From: Gammaproteobacteria bacterium
GTDB taxonomy: Bacteria > Pseudomonadota > Gammaproteobacteria > Ga0077536
Direction: 5' to 3'
Assembly (NCBI GenBank): GCA_963662545.2
Contig: CAXXLL010000003.1
Coordinates: 2,496,001-2,560,000 of the forward strand
Length of the DNA stretch: 64,000 nt
Positions within the stretch are counted from its first letter, which is position 1. Each line of letters starts with the position of its first letter. The notes below the pieces were generated by a model. That model searched no databases. It was not told where the DNA came from and worked only from the letters and a program-made list of their open reading frames with translations. Of this stretch, positions 22,464 to 32,344 are shown piece by piece. A program made the translations under genes and the position numbers.

Positions 22464-22796
22464 ATCGGCAAAGTTAGGGATATGCTCTGCATAGGACCAC
22501 GGTTTATGAGTACCATTCTCAGGGAATGGGTTTGGGGGAAACGACCAATAGACCTAATCGACCATATCAGCCAAATAGCGCTCGTATTCCGAAGCAGATC
22601 GCCCATATCGGTACTGAGGAGGCGACAAAAACAACATCCGTTATACATCGCCCGCCCCCGGCTCGTTCGCTTCGGGCACAAGATGCGGACTTTTACTCCG
22701 CGGCGGTTAGTCCATCCGACCGATTCCGATGACCATTTTGTCCCCGGGATTCACGCCAAACTAGTTAATGCGCACTAGTTAAACCGCAAAGCTCGA

Positions 22797-23348
22797 ATGT
22801 CCAGGAAGGGAGTTATGGCTAAGAGTCTGATAAAAAACTATGGGCTTAGGTGGCATGCGTCTCGGGTGCAATGGTCGGGGCGAAATGAAGATGTTGGCCT
22901 ATGGGGAGTCCCTGCGAAGCGACGACGTTCCAAACCGACGAACTTTGCGGATCAGATCGCCATTTACGTACTGTACGATGGTGAGATACCAATATATGTC
23001 GGCCAGTCCGGGGCACGTAACAATAGGATTATGGGAAGGCTAAAGCACCACCGAGCCGACCGTCTTGCCGACCGCTGGGATCGATTTTCGTGGTTTGGAC
23101 TGTGTCGTGTGCAGGCAAATGGTGCGATCAATCCACAAGCGACAGTAGAGCAAATGCAGACCCCAGAAATATTGAACCAGATTGAAGCGGTCATTGTAGA
23201 GGCGGTCGAACCACGCCTAAACAGGCAAGGTGGTCAGTTTGGTACTCGCGTTGTGCGATATGTGCAATATCCAGATGCGCGCAGCGAGTTGTCCGATGGG
23301 ACCATGCTGAAGGAGCTGCATGAGGCGGTAGTCAGGGTTAACCAATGA
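22797..23348 (+). CDS. GIY-YIG nuclease family protein
   Basis: AIYVLY..IYVGQS, RL..H, WDRFSWF, IE..EP.LN. Confidence 0.75.
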   Translation: MSRKGVMAKSLIKNYGLRWHASRVQWSGRNEDVGLWGVPAKRRRSKPTNFADQIAIYVLYDGEIPIYVGQSGARNNRIMGRLKHHRADRLADRWDRFSWFGLCRVQANGAINPQATVEQMQTPEILNQIEAVIVEAVEPRLNRQGGQFGTRVVRYVQYPDARSELSDGTMLKELHEAVVRVNQ

Positions 23349-23459
23349 CGCCGGCAAACGTTATGCAATACTCTGAACTCCTTTGAATGATGTCTGCGGC
23401 CGTTAGGTATTTTTTACACACTGCCCCCCGTCAGCATCTAAGGCACAAAATTGAGGTTG

Positions 23460-23829
23460 TGATGTGCGGTGCCCCCTTTCCACCCCCAAACCTGGGGCAG
23501 GAACGAGCGCTGGCACCAGACCCTCAAGAACCGGACGTGGCTGGAGAACTAGTATCTGCCCGGTGCTCTCCAAGCCCAGCTCGGCGCCTTCGTCGAGCAC
23601 TACAACACCCAACGCTACCACCAGAGCATCGGCAACGTAACTCCAGCTGACGCCTACTTTGGACGCCACACCGCCATCATCGAAAAGAGAAAAAAGATCA
23701 AAAAACTGACCACCCAAAACCGCCGCTTGAACCATCAAAGCCAAGCGGCTTAACATCAAACAAAGATGAGCCAGATCCTCCCTTATGAAACACGCTCAAC
23801 AGTCCCATTTGTTTTGATGACGGACACTG
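23460..23829 (+). pseudogene. IS3-family 3' remnant with right end
   Basis: FVEHYN..RYHQSIGNVTPADAYFG; ends TTTGATGACGGACA. Confidence 0.7.
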
Positions 23830-24150
23830 GTGCACGACTCCGCCGTTGAGGTTGTTGCCGTCGGCGAAAAAGCAAACGCCGATCAAACGTCCGTACCGAT
23901 CGCGAGTATCTCCTTTACACGTCACCCTGTCCGAGCCGAGTCGTGCCCGCAGCGCTTCTGTGGCAACCTCCCCGCACGGATATTCCTTGCCGGCGGCGTC
24001 CCTGCATGTTTGCTTGGCTTCCGGCGCGCCAATGCCCTCGATTCGAACCCGCTCTATGTCGAACGCCAGCGCATCCGCATCCACTACGCGAGAGTGCCTA
24101 GTGATGTTCTCTGAATGGACTGTACCGGTACAGAGTGGCAGCAGTAATGG
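23830..24150 (-). pseudogene. Thermonuclease (SNase-like), truncated by IS3 end
   Basis: DADAL..RVRIEGIGAPE, DRYGRLIGVC. Confidence 0.75.
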
Positions 24151-24463
24151 GATGAGGACTCTCTAGCTCATAATATTCGACGCGTTATGATCCGATCTTT
24201 TCGGTCACAACATATTCGGTAGTGTCTTAGTTTGAAATCGGAATTTCCTAGCAAGTGTCCGTCCATAAACAGGCATTTTCTTCGATGGGCACGGAGAAAT
24301 CGAGGTGTTGAAAGTAGGTTGTTGGAGCGGTAGCGGCGGTTCGGTGGGGGTCGAAGGGCTCTTCGAGCGTAATTGTGAGTACGTTCGCCGGCCGCAGAGC
24401 GCTGCAACCCAAAGTCGCCCGTTCGACGATATCGAGGAGGTCAGTTAGTGCGAGTGAACGTCG

Positions 24464-25810
24464 CTATTCGAGTTGATAGCGCGCGAGCAGGCTGAGGTTG
24501 TAGGCGACCACAGAAGACCACACGTAGGCTTCGAAGTGCGGCAGGCTCTTCCAGGTGCAACGTGCCAATCCGTATGCACGCTTCAGGCAGGAGATACCGG
24601 CCTCGATGCCGGCGCGGAAGTTGCGCAAGCGTCGATAGACCCACTGACTCTTGACCATGTCGGCGATCGCGAGCCCGCGCTTCTTGTGGAAGGCAACGTC
24701 TTCGATGCCTTCTGCTTTCGCCGCCCGGAGATTGTCGAGGCTCGCATAGCCGCCATCGGCGGCGACCTGTCGTGGCATCGTCCCGTAGTGTGTTCGATGC
24801 CGTTCGAGCATCGGCATGAAGCGCTGACTATCGACCGGATTGCCTCGCTCGATGACCACGTCGAGGATGAGGCCACTGCGCCCCGAAGCCAGATTGATTT
24901 TGTGTCCGTACTGAACGTCGCGCGCACCCTTTATGATGATGTCGGTATGCGGCTCGAACAAGCTCACGCACTTCTCGCTCGCGGGGACCTTCTCACCGCC
25001 GAACACCCGCCGCTCAGTTTGCGAAATCACCTGCAGAACAAGTGTTTCGTAGTGCGCTACCTGCGCTAGCCAGTCCGGCAGTTCAACGCCGGTGACGCCC
25101 GGGCTCAGCAGCTGCTCACGTACCCTCGCTACCGCTTCCAAGGTTGAACGCGTCGCCCCAATCAAATCGCGATACAGACGTTGGCGTTGCTTCGCACCAC
25201 GCGCATACCACAGCGCCCGCGCACGCTTCTTCGCCAATCGAGTGTGGTTCACGAAGCACAACTCCGGCGCGCCAGGCAACTCGCGCGCCTGTGCGAGCAG
25301 ACGAACCACAACACGCACGCCATCCCACAGCAGATGACTGTCGCTCGGCGCGTGGATGGCACTGTCCGTTACCGTGCTATCAATCCGTACACGCTGTGCC
25401 GGCTCAATGCGCGTCTCTTTCGCCGTCGCCAGCAGGGCGCGATGAATAGACTCCCACGTCGATACCTGGATCGCCGAGACCACCCGCTGTAAGGCAGACT
25501 TCTTCGGACGTTCATTACCCGGCAACCGGGCGAAGGCCTGAAAGCTCGCCGAGTCCTGCAGGTGAAAGGCCAGCTCCTCGTAACTCAATTGCCGGTGCTG
25601 CTTGAGCACCGCGCAGCGCAGCACCGACTCCGCCGACAGTCCGCGTCGACCGGTGGGCTTCAAACCCCGCCGACACAGATCGTTCATGACCGGCGTGAGG
25701 ACCTTGGGGTGAGCATCGAGCCACTCGGACATGCCCTGCAGCTCTCGCCCCAGGTCATGGTCAGCAAACAGCTCGTATATACTCGCTTGGGCCGTGCGTT
25801 TCTGACGCAT
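24464..25810 (-). CDS. DDE transposase (ISNCY/IS5-like)
   Basis: RIDSTV, SLFEPHT.II.KG, AADGGY, FRAGIEAGISCLKR. Confidence 0.88.
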   Translation of the reverse strand: MRQKRTAQASIYELFADHDLGRELQGMSEWLDAHPKVLTPVMNDLCRRGLKPTGRRGLSAESVLRCAVLKQHRQLSYEELAFHLQDSASFQAFARLPGNERPKKSALQRVVSAIQVSTWESIHRALLATAKETRIEPAQRVRIDSTVTDSAIHAPSDSHLLWDGVRVVVRLLAQARELPGAPELCFVNHTRLAKKRARALWYARGAKQRQRLYRDLIGATRSTLEAVARVREQLLSPGVTGVELPDWLAQVAHYETLVLQVISQTERRVFGGEKVPASEKCVSLFEPHTDIIIKGARDVQYGHKINLASGRSGLILDVVIERGNPVDSQRFMPMLERHRTHYGTMPRQVAADGGYASLDNLRAAKAEGIEDVAFHKKRGLAIADMVKSQWVYRRLRNFRAGIEAGISCLKRAYGLARCTWKSLPHFEAYVWSSVVAYNLSLLARYQLE

Positions 25811-27140
25811 TCCCCCTCCTGTGGTGTCGATGATTGTGTGGAAAATCAGAGGTTTGAAGTTCCATTAGATCACGACCCACCGGAGGTTTCGATCCCTTAA
25901 GCGACAAATTTTCCTTTTTATTTCAACCGCATCGCGTTTAGGGATGCACACTAGCTAAAGGCCTCCCGTCATCGCCATTTCAGGTCTCGTCAATCAAGCT
26001 CCTTAAGAACCTCACGCCCGCTAATTCGACCGCCAATTGGGCGGTTCTTTTTGGGCTGTACTGGAGGGGCTCTGTAGCTAGGGCCTGTCAGCGCCTGAGC
26101 GAAGTAGTTGCATGCATTGACGAATAAACGTCAACGGCTATATACGATTGACGATCTCAACGTCGCCATAGCACACTGCCAACCGTGACAATTCGCGTGG
26201 TCCGCCCCTGCCGGGCCACCCGTTGAATGCAATAGCCGCTATACGGTTCGGGAGTAGCTACGCAAGTTTGGTGAACAGGCGGGGACTTCCTCTTTCCGAG
26301 ACATGCTGGCAGGGGGGATGCAGGGGTCGGCTTTTAGCATCGCTGCTTCGGCCGACCTTTCCTCCTGCCGGCGCCCTGGGTAAACGGGCATATCCCAATG
26401 ATTTGAGAGCACCCCGCCTGAGTGGGTCAGGCGGGGCTCAAACCGACGAGAAGGAGAGTTCTCATGAGTGATGAAGACTTTCAAGGGGGCCGATTGGCCG
26501 CGCCGATGAAATCACGCCTCGGATTCAAGAGGCGGGTATTCTGCTGGACATGAAGGTTCGGTATCCTGGAATGCGGCCGCAAGATCCTCCTTCAAGAGAA
26601 GCGGTACTGGTTCCTCTGGATGTGGGTTTCGAATTGTCGGAAGCACTACGATCGGCGGTGATAGAGTGGAGACGGCACTATCAGGATCGGGATTAGAATT
26701 AGACACAGAAAAACCCTCCTGGTTATCTATGGAGACAACCGCCGCGAGGGTGTGTTGCGCGTCCTTAGCTTGCCGGCCGCGAAGCGCGTTATCGAACCAG
26801 GTCGGGGTGGCATAGCCTGCACCCCACCCTCTCTTCAACCTGCGCACCGCACCATTTTAGACTGAGACAGTACCCCGCTGACTTGTCACGATGGCCCGTA
26901 ACCGCTTGATTTCACCCATGGGCACAAACCCCAGCCCTAAGTTCAGACACTCGATGTCTGTGCACACGGTGGCCGACGGTGGCCACCGTGGCCAGCCGCA
27001 CATGTACGTCTGGCAGGACACGAACAGCGCTCAGCAGGCGTGGGTGCATGATGGGATGGGGTGCGAGGCAGGGGTGCGTGGCGGTGCGGTACAGCAAATT
27101 TCGGGCGCCATGGCCGATGGCCGCGAGGTGTACCGGTCAG

Positions 27141-29523
27141 GTGCGCGATAATTCATCTTATCGCACATCTGATGCGAATCGAACATGGGACCTGGCGCAG
27201 ATTGATGAAGGGGTTCGCGGTCTCCGCGGCGCGAGCTCGAAGTATCTATGCCTCCGAACGTCCCTTACCCTCCCTCACACACGAGAGCCGGTACCGTAGG
27301 CCGGGCGCCCAGCGATATAATGGATGGGCACCTCCGTACCATGGTACCGTGGGCTGTGGGGGCGGTGGTAAGTGCCGAGCAACACAGTCAATGGCACGGG
27401 GGCACGCTCTCACGTGCGCCATCAAGGGCCGCCAGCCTTAAGTCGCGGCGTTCCAGCTGCGCGATAATGGGTCTCATCGCGCAGCTGAAAGGGATCGCCG
27501 GAAGGGGAGGATCCCCGGCGCGGGCATACGTGCACCTGTATAGATAGACATATTTTTTCGTTTTTTGTGTCAAAAGCCTGTTTTTTCCAATGTGATCATA
27601 TGGATATCTGGCACAAACCTGGCACAGCGCTGTGCCGGCCACCCTGGGTCGACATGACGCACATGTAGCTTGCGCGATGGAAACTTCCCACCCCGGCACG
27701 GAGGTCCGCTGCGCGCCAGCCGTTCGAAAATCGTAAGCGCCGCGATGTGGATCGCCCCAGCTTTTCCGAAGACCTTTTTGGTTGAGTCGACCTGCGTCCA
27801 ACTCGCGCATCAGCAGTGGACTACTTAATGGCCGCAAGAGCGACGTTGCTTCATTGAGGGGGTCATTTTTTCCGCCGGTTCGGGCCCCGGCTGACGCGGA
27901 TTGACGCCTCTATTATTACATCCGATAATTGTCCTTATCAGACATAATAGCGGGCGAGAACCCCATGCAAAAGACCCCGGCCCTGAGCCCCGCGCGCGCC
28001 GTGTCCACCGCCGGGGCCTCTGTGGTCGAAATGCAGCAGGCGGGCCGCTGGCAATCGCCGTCCATGCCGGGCCGCTATGCGTGGGGCCCGCCGGGGCGCC
28101 GTCGCCAGGCTCCGCTACGGGGCGTGACTCAGCGCCACTGCGTGGGCCGGTGCTGCCAGATTCTGCGGGCACCGGGAACTTGACGCTGTGTCGTCAAGCC
28201 TATAGGCACCCGCTAATGCATGAGAGGTATGGGCGGTATAAAGGCGCTGGGATGTCAAGCCTTGACGCTGCACGCGTACCAACCCGAAGTTTGGGTGGAC
28301 CTATATCTGCGCGTTCGGCTGGCCTGCCATGTTGATGGTCTGAGCCAGCGAGAGGCGGCAAGTCGGTTTGGCATTGCGCGCGAGACGGTGAGCCGGCGTC
28401 AGATTTCAATCGCAGGCCGAACGTCGGTCTCGATCGACGCGCGCCCGCGCCCATGTCCTGGGCGCTCAAACCATGGCTGAGCCGGGTTCCAGATGCGCGA
28501 TAATTCACTTTATCGCGCATCAGCCCCGGTCGCCGCATGGGACCCGCAGCAATCGAGGACCGGGGGGGGGCTCCTTTTTGCCTCGCCGCTCGATTCGAAG
28601 TACCTATGGGTCCATTCATCCCACGGGAGCCCTCGCGCACGGGGCTTGGGGTGGTCAAACATTGACCAATTGGCACAGAAATATGCAGGCGGTGTGCCGG
28701 GTCTGTGCCGCTCTAGGCCGCGTGGGACGTGGGAGCTATGCCAGGCTGTGCCGGCGTTGTGCCGGGTTTTAGGGGGTATTATTATTATCTTTTCAATAAG
28801 ATAGATAGATAGGGGGTTGACGTTTCGATGTTTTCCCCCGGAAACACCCCTCACGCGCGCGCGAATGCGCGCGCACCCGAATCTACCTTTTTTCTGGGAT
28901 TCTGTGCCATTTGCCACTTTTCCTTTTAGGTTCAGTAGGTTATCCGGCACACGCTTGGCACAGCGTTGTGCCGGGAACCTGAATCTCCCGAAAATTCAGA
29001 GGTTTAACATACCCTCTCCAGCACATGGTAATGTGGGTTTGTGTCGGCGCTGGGTAGTGTCTCAGTCAGACGTTTTCCAATGACAAAAAATGACCCGACC
29101 GAGGTCTATAACATGCTCGACGACCTCGGCTTGCTGGAGGGCATTGGCCGGGAGCCGGACAACATCACGAAGATTATCTGGCGCTGCCTCAGAAACTATC
29201 GCGACAAAGCGCTAATTTCATACTGAGACACTGCCACATATTCGCATGCGTTTAAGACCACCGACCATCCATGGAACAATCCGCCCGTCAATACAAGGTC
29301 GTCATGCCCGTACGCTAACCAGCCGGAGGCTTGGGCAGTACGGAAGCGTCAGGGTGTCAAAACCTCGGCGCCTCGCGCGCAGGCCCCAACAAGTGAGACA
29401 ACGAGACCCATAGGTACTTAAGCCAAACGCCGACGTGGTTGGAGGACCCCCCCTGAGGCTTCAAGCCAACGGGTCCCATCCGCGACTCTTTGCACATGCG
29501 CGATAAACCCAATTTTCGCGTAT
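27141..29523. repeat. Cluster of five 11-6-11 inverted-repeat (Xer/dif-like) sites
   Basis: 27141-27168, 27457-27484, 27918-27945, 28493-28520, 29496-29523; consensus .TGCGCGATAA-N6-TTATCGCGCA. Confidence 0.7.
28295..28392 (+). repeat. 98-bp exact fragment of istA 5' end
   Basis: Matches 11613-11710 by eye. Confidence 0.85.
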
Positions 29524-30206
29524 CGGGAACCCGGGCTCAGCCATGATTCGAGCGCCCGGGACGTGAGCGGGGGGCGCGCATTGACCAAGACCGACAGGGG
29601 CCTCCAATACTTCACACAGGGTGTCATCGCAGGGGCATGAGATTCTGCGCGTCAGGGTCGCCCGGGCCATCGCATGGGGCTATCGCCCCGCGGCCACCGG
29701 CACGCCTTGCTCGCGGATCACGCGCTATCGCCGTCCGTTGCGAGGGCGGCTGCCCTCTTGTACCCCTTGCAGGAGGGCAGTCTCTATCTTATTCGGACCA
29801 GGCGGCTGAACCATTGTGGCTGATGGAACCCACTCCCTGGCCAGCACCCGCACCGTGTGCAAGTGTGGGAACTGCGCCTATTTCTATGTGAGTTGTAACG
29901 ATAAGGTCGGGTAGTTCACCGTGAACCGCCGCAGGTAAATCAAATGGATGCCAATGAGATGGTGCTGTGGCCGAAGGTTTGTTGCAGCGACTGGTGCGGG
30001 CAATACAGGTCCGTTGACGACGATTACGAACGGGAAGAAGCGAGTCGGGCGCGTCGCCTGGTACCGCTGATAAGCAGGTGCGTTGTAGCGGCATGACCGC
30101 ATGCCAAACCCGCAACCCTGTAGCCTCAGTTAGAAGAACGGTTAAAATCTTGAGTTAGGAGATTTCGATCTGGATTCAGGGAATTTAAAGGAGGCCTTGT
30201 CAATGT

Positions 30207-31223
30207 ATGCTCTCATCAAAGCGGCGCTGGACAAGACCGGCGCCTTCCGGTGTTTGCGGCGCGGGTTGTAGCCCCATGAGTGATTTCATCGCGCGCAAGG
30301 ATCACCTGGAATGCCTGATAGCTGAGTGGGAAAGCTTTGCGACGCCCACAGCTGACAAGCACGCTCCACAGCAAACGTACCTGGCCGACTTGAAGCAAAC
30401 GCGCTTGGTTGCGTTAAAAAAGGAGCTTGCCGGGATAGAGCGGCGTGAACGCCGGTCTCGGAAACCCCGCGCCGGCAAGCACCGCCGCCCCGCAGACGCC
30501 GGGGAAGAGGGAACTTTCATAGCACCGGATTTCCAGGAGAGTTTTTTCGCCTATCCAAAGGCCATGCGCAGGCTGAAGACACGATTGAAAGCGACGAGGG
30601 AGGAATTAGCGGCTTGGGTGTTTTTAGGGCCGGCACTGGGCGGAGTCACGGCCTACGTGAATGTCGATGAGGAGGAACCGCCGAAGCTCTTCAATTACTA
30701 CCCCCCCAGGGCTGGCTGGGACTATTGTGCGCCGCTGATGGTTTGTTGGTTTATCCGGGAAGAGGTAGTCAACTTTAAGCCAAGCAAGCGGTACATAACG
30801 GGCAGCGTACTCATCGAGCGCTGGCACAAGTATGAGGACATCGATCCGGCAGAATTCATCGGTGCCCAGATCAACAAAGGACGTTTAAGCGATATCCACC
30901 CTATTAAAGGCCACACCCAGGGGGGCATGGGCATGCTGGGGAACGATGCGTATCCTCCGCTGGAAAGCGGTCTTTTCGCAGTCTCTGAAATAGAAGCGAT
31001 CGAGGAGACTTATTTCGACACGGGCGCAGCAGACGGGCCAGCAAAAGATCCGGGACGCTTGAATCACGATCTTGAGCTTCAAGCTCGTGCAAACGAAATT
31101 GCAAAAGATCTAAAGGAAAAGCGCAAACGGGACGTAACCAGAAATGACGTCGCAAAGCATTTGGCCGAGGAGTGTGGTCTTACTGAAGCCACGGTCGTGC
31201 GCAGGATACGGAAGAAGTGGTAG
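30207..31223 (+). CDS. Hypothetical protein with C-terminal HTH-like segment
   Basis: 338-aa ORF ending VAKHLAEECGLTEATVVRRIR; start may be later (MSDF). Confidence 0.6.
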   Translation: MLSSKRRWTRPAPSGVCGAGCSPMSDFIARKDHLECLIAEWESFATPTADKHAPQQTYLADLKQTRLVALKKELAGIERRERRSRKPRAGKHRRPADAGEEGTFIAPDFQESFFAYPKAMRRLKTRLKATREELAAWVFLGPALGGVTAYVNVDEEEPPKLFNYYPPRAGWDYCAPLMVCWFIREEVVNFKPSKRYITGSVLIERWHKYEDIDPAEFIGAQINKGRLSDIHPIKGHTQGGMGMLGNDAYPPLESGLFAVSEIEAIEETYFDTGAADGPAKDPGRLNHDLELQARANEIAKDLKEKRKRDVTRNDVAKHLAEECGLTEATVVRRIRKKW

Positions 31224-31381
31224 AGCCACGTAAATAATTCCGTGTAACTGCTCATTCACAGCGGTCCCGGCCGGCGCTCAGGTCAGGGAACTCGAACACA
31301 AAGCGATTCAGCGCGCCTGTCCAATGTCAGATGGGTATGGTTCCCTTGCTTTGCGTCGCCATCGGTCGCCAGACATCACTT

Positions 31382-31600
31382 TCAGCACCGCCTGGTCCTG
31401 TGGAAACACCTTTCGGTTTCTACGGCCTCGCAGATCACACGGTTCAATGACTCGATCGCGTTGGTGGTATCAATCACCATATGGATGTCTTCGGGGTCAT
31501 CGAACAACGTGAGCAGGTTCGCCCAATAGCGTGTCCGGTTTTGCCCGAGGGCCGGATATCGTTGAGCTTTGAACTCGTTACGAGTGACTAACGCCTGCCT
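31382..31600 (-). pseudogene. IS256-family remnant
   Basis: W.NL.TLF..PE.I...I.TTNAIESLN. Confidence 0.65.
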
Positions 31601-31867
31601 GTCGAGATCGCGGGCCAACGCTGCCATGTCTGGTGGCCTCTCGGTCGTGCTCATCGTCCATCGCCGTATCCATTGAGGCGGTGTGTCCAAGCGCCGTTAC
31701 ACCATTTGAATTCCAGTCTGTCGTGGTGAAACGGTTGATTGCCTAACTACCTAAAGTGCCTAAATAGCTCGTTGTATTCGCAGGGAAAAGGCAAGAGCGA
31801 ATAGGTTCCGCCTATTTACGGCCTCGGCTGTAATAGGCGGTGTCAAGAACACCTAAGAGTTGTCAAC

Positions 31868-32104
31868 ATGCCGATTAGCATCCTGAGACTTCCCGCCGTC
31901 AAGGCCCGTACCGGACTTTCTCGCAGCACGATTTATCTCCGCATATCAGAAGGCAATTTCCCAAAGCCCATATCCCTGGGCGGCCGCGCCGTCGGCTGGG
32001 TCGAGTCTGACATACAAGCCTGGTTGCAACAACAAATCGACGCGACACGGAAAAATGAGCGCGTAAGTCGTCGGCCGGGCGGATCTGCCAGCCCGGTGGA
32101 ATAG
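31868..32104 (+). CDS. alpA: AlpA-family excisionase/regulator
   Basis: ILRLPAVKARTGLSRSTIY..FPKPISLGGRAVGW. Confidence 0.92.
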   Translation: MPISILRLPAVKARTGLSRSTIYLRISEGNFPKPISLGGRAVGWVESDIQAWLQQQIDATRKNERVSRRPGGSASPVE

Positions 32105-32344
32105 ACCCTGGACTTACGGAAACCCACCGTACCCAGTCGAAAGACCTGGACGGGATTGAGGAATGGAAAGCATCGTTCGCCGGCATAGCGTAGCGCCCGT
32201 TTTTGATGGCGAAGGCGCAAGAGGCTGGGCCGCGAGTGAGATTGCGACGCTCGACACCGTTCGCATAGCGGGCAAAACGGACGTAGAGAGTCGTGCCTTG
32301 GCGGCCAAGCTCCAAGCCACCCGCAAAGCTGTGAAGCGGAGGTA

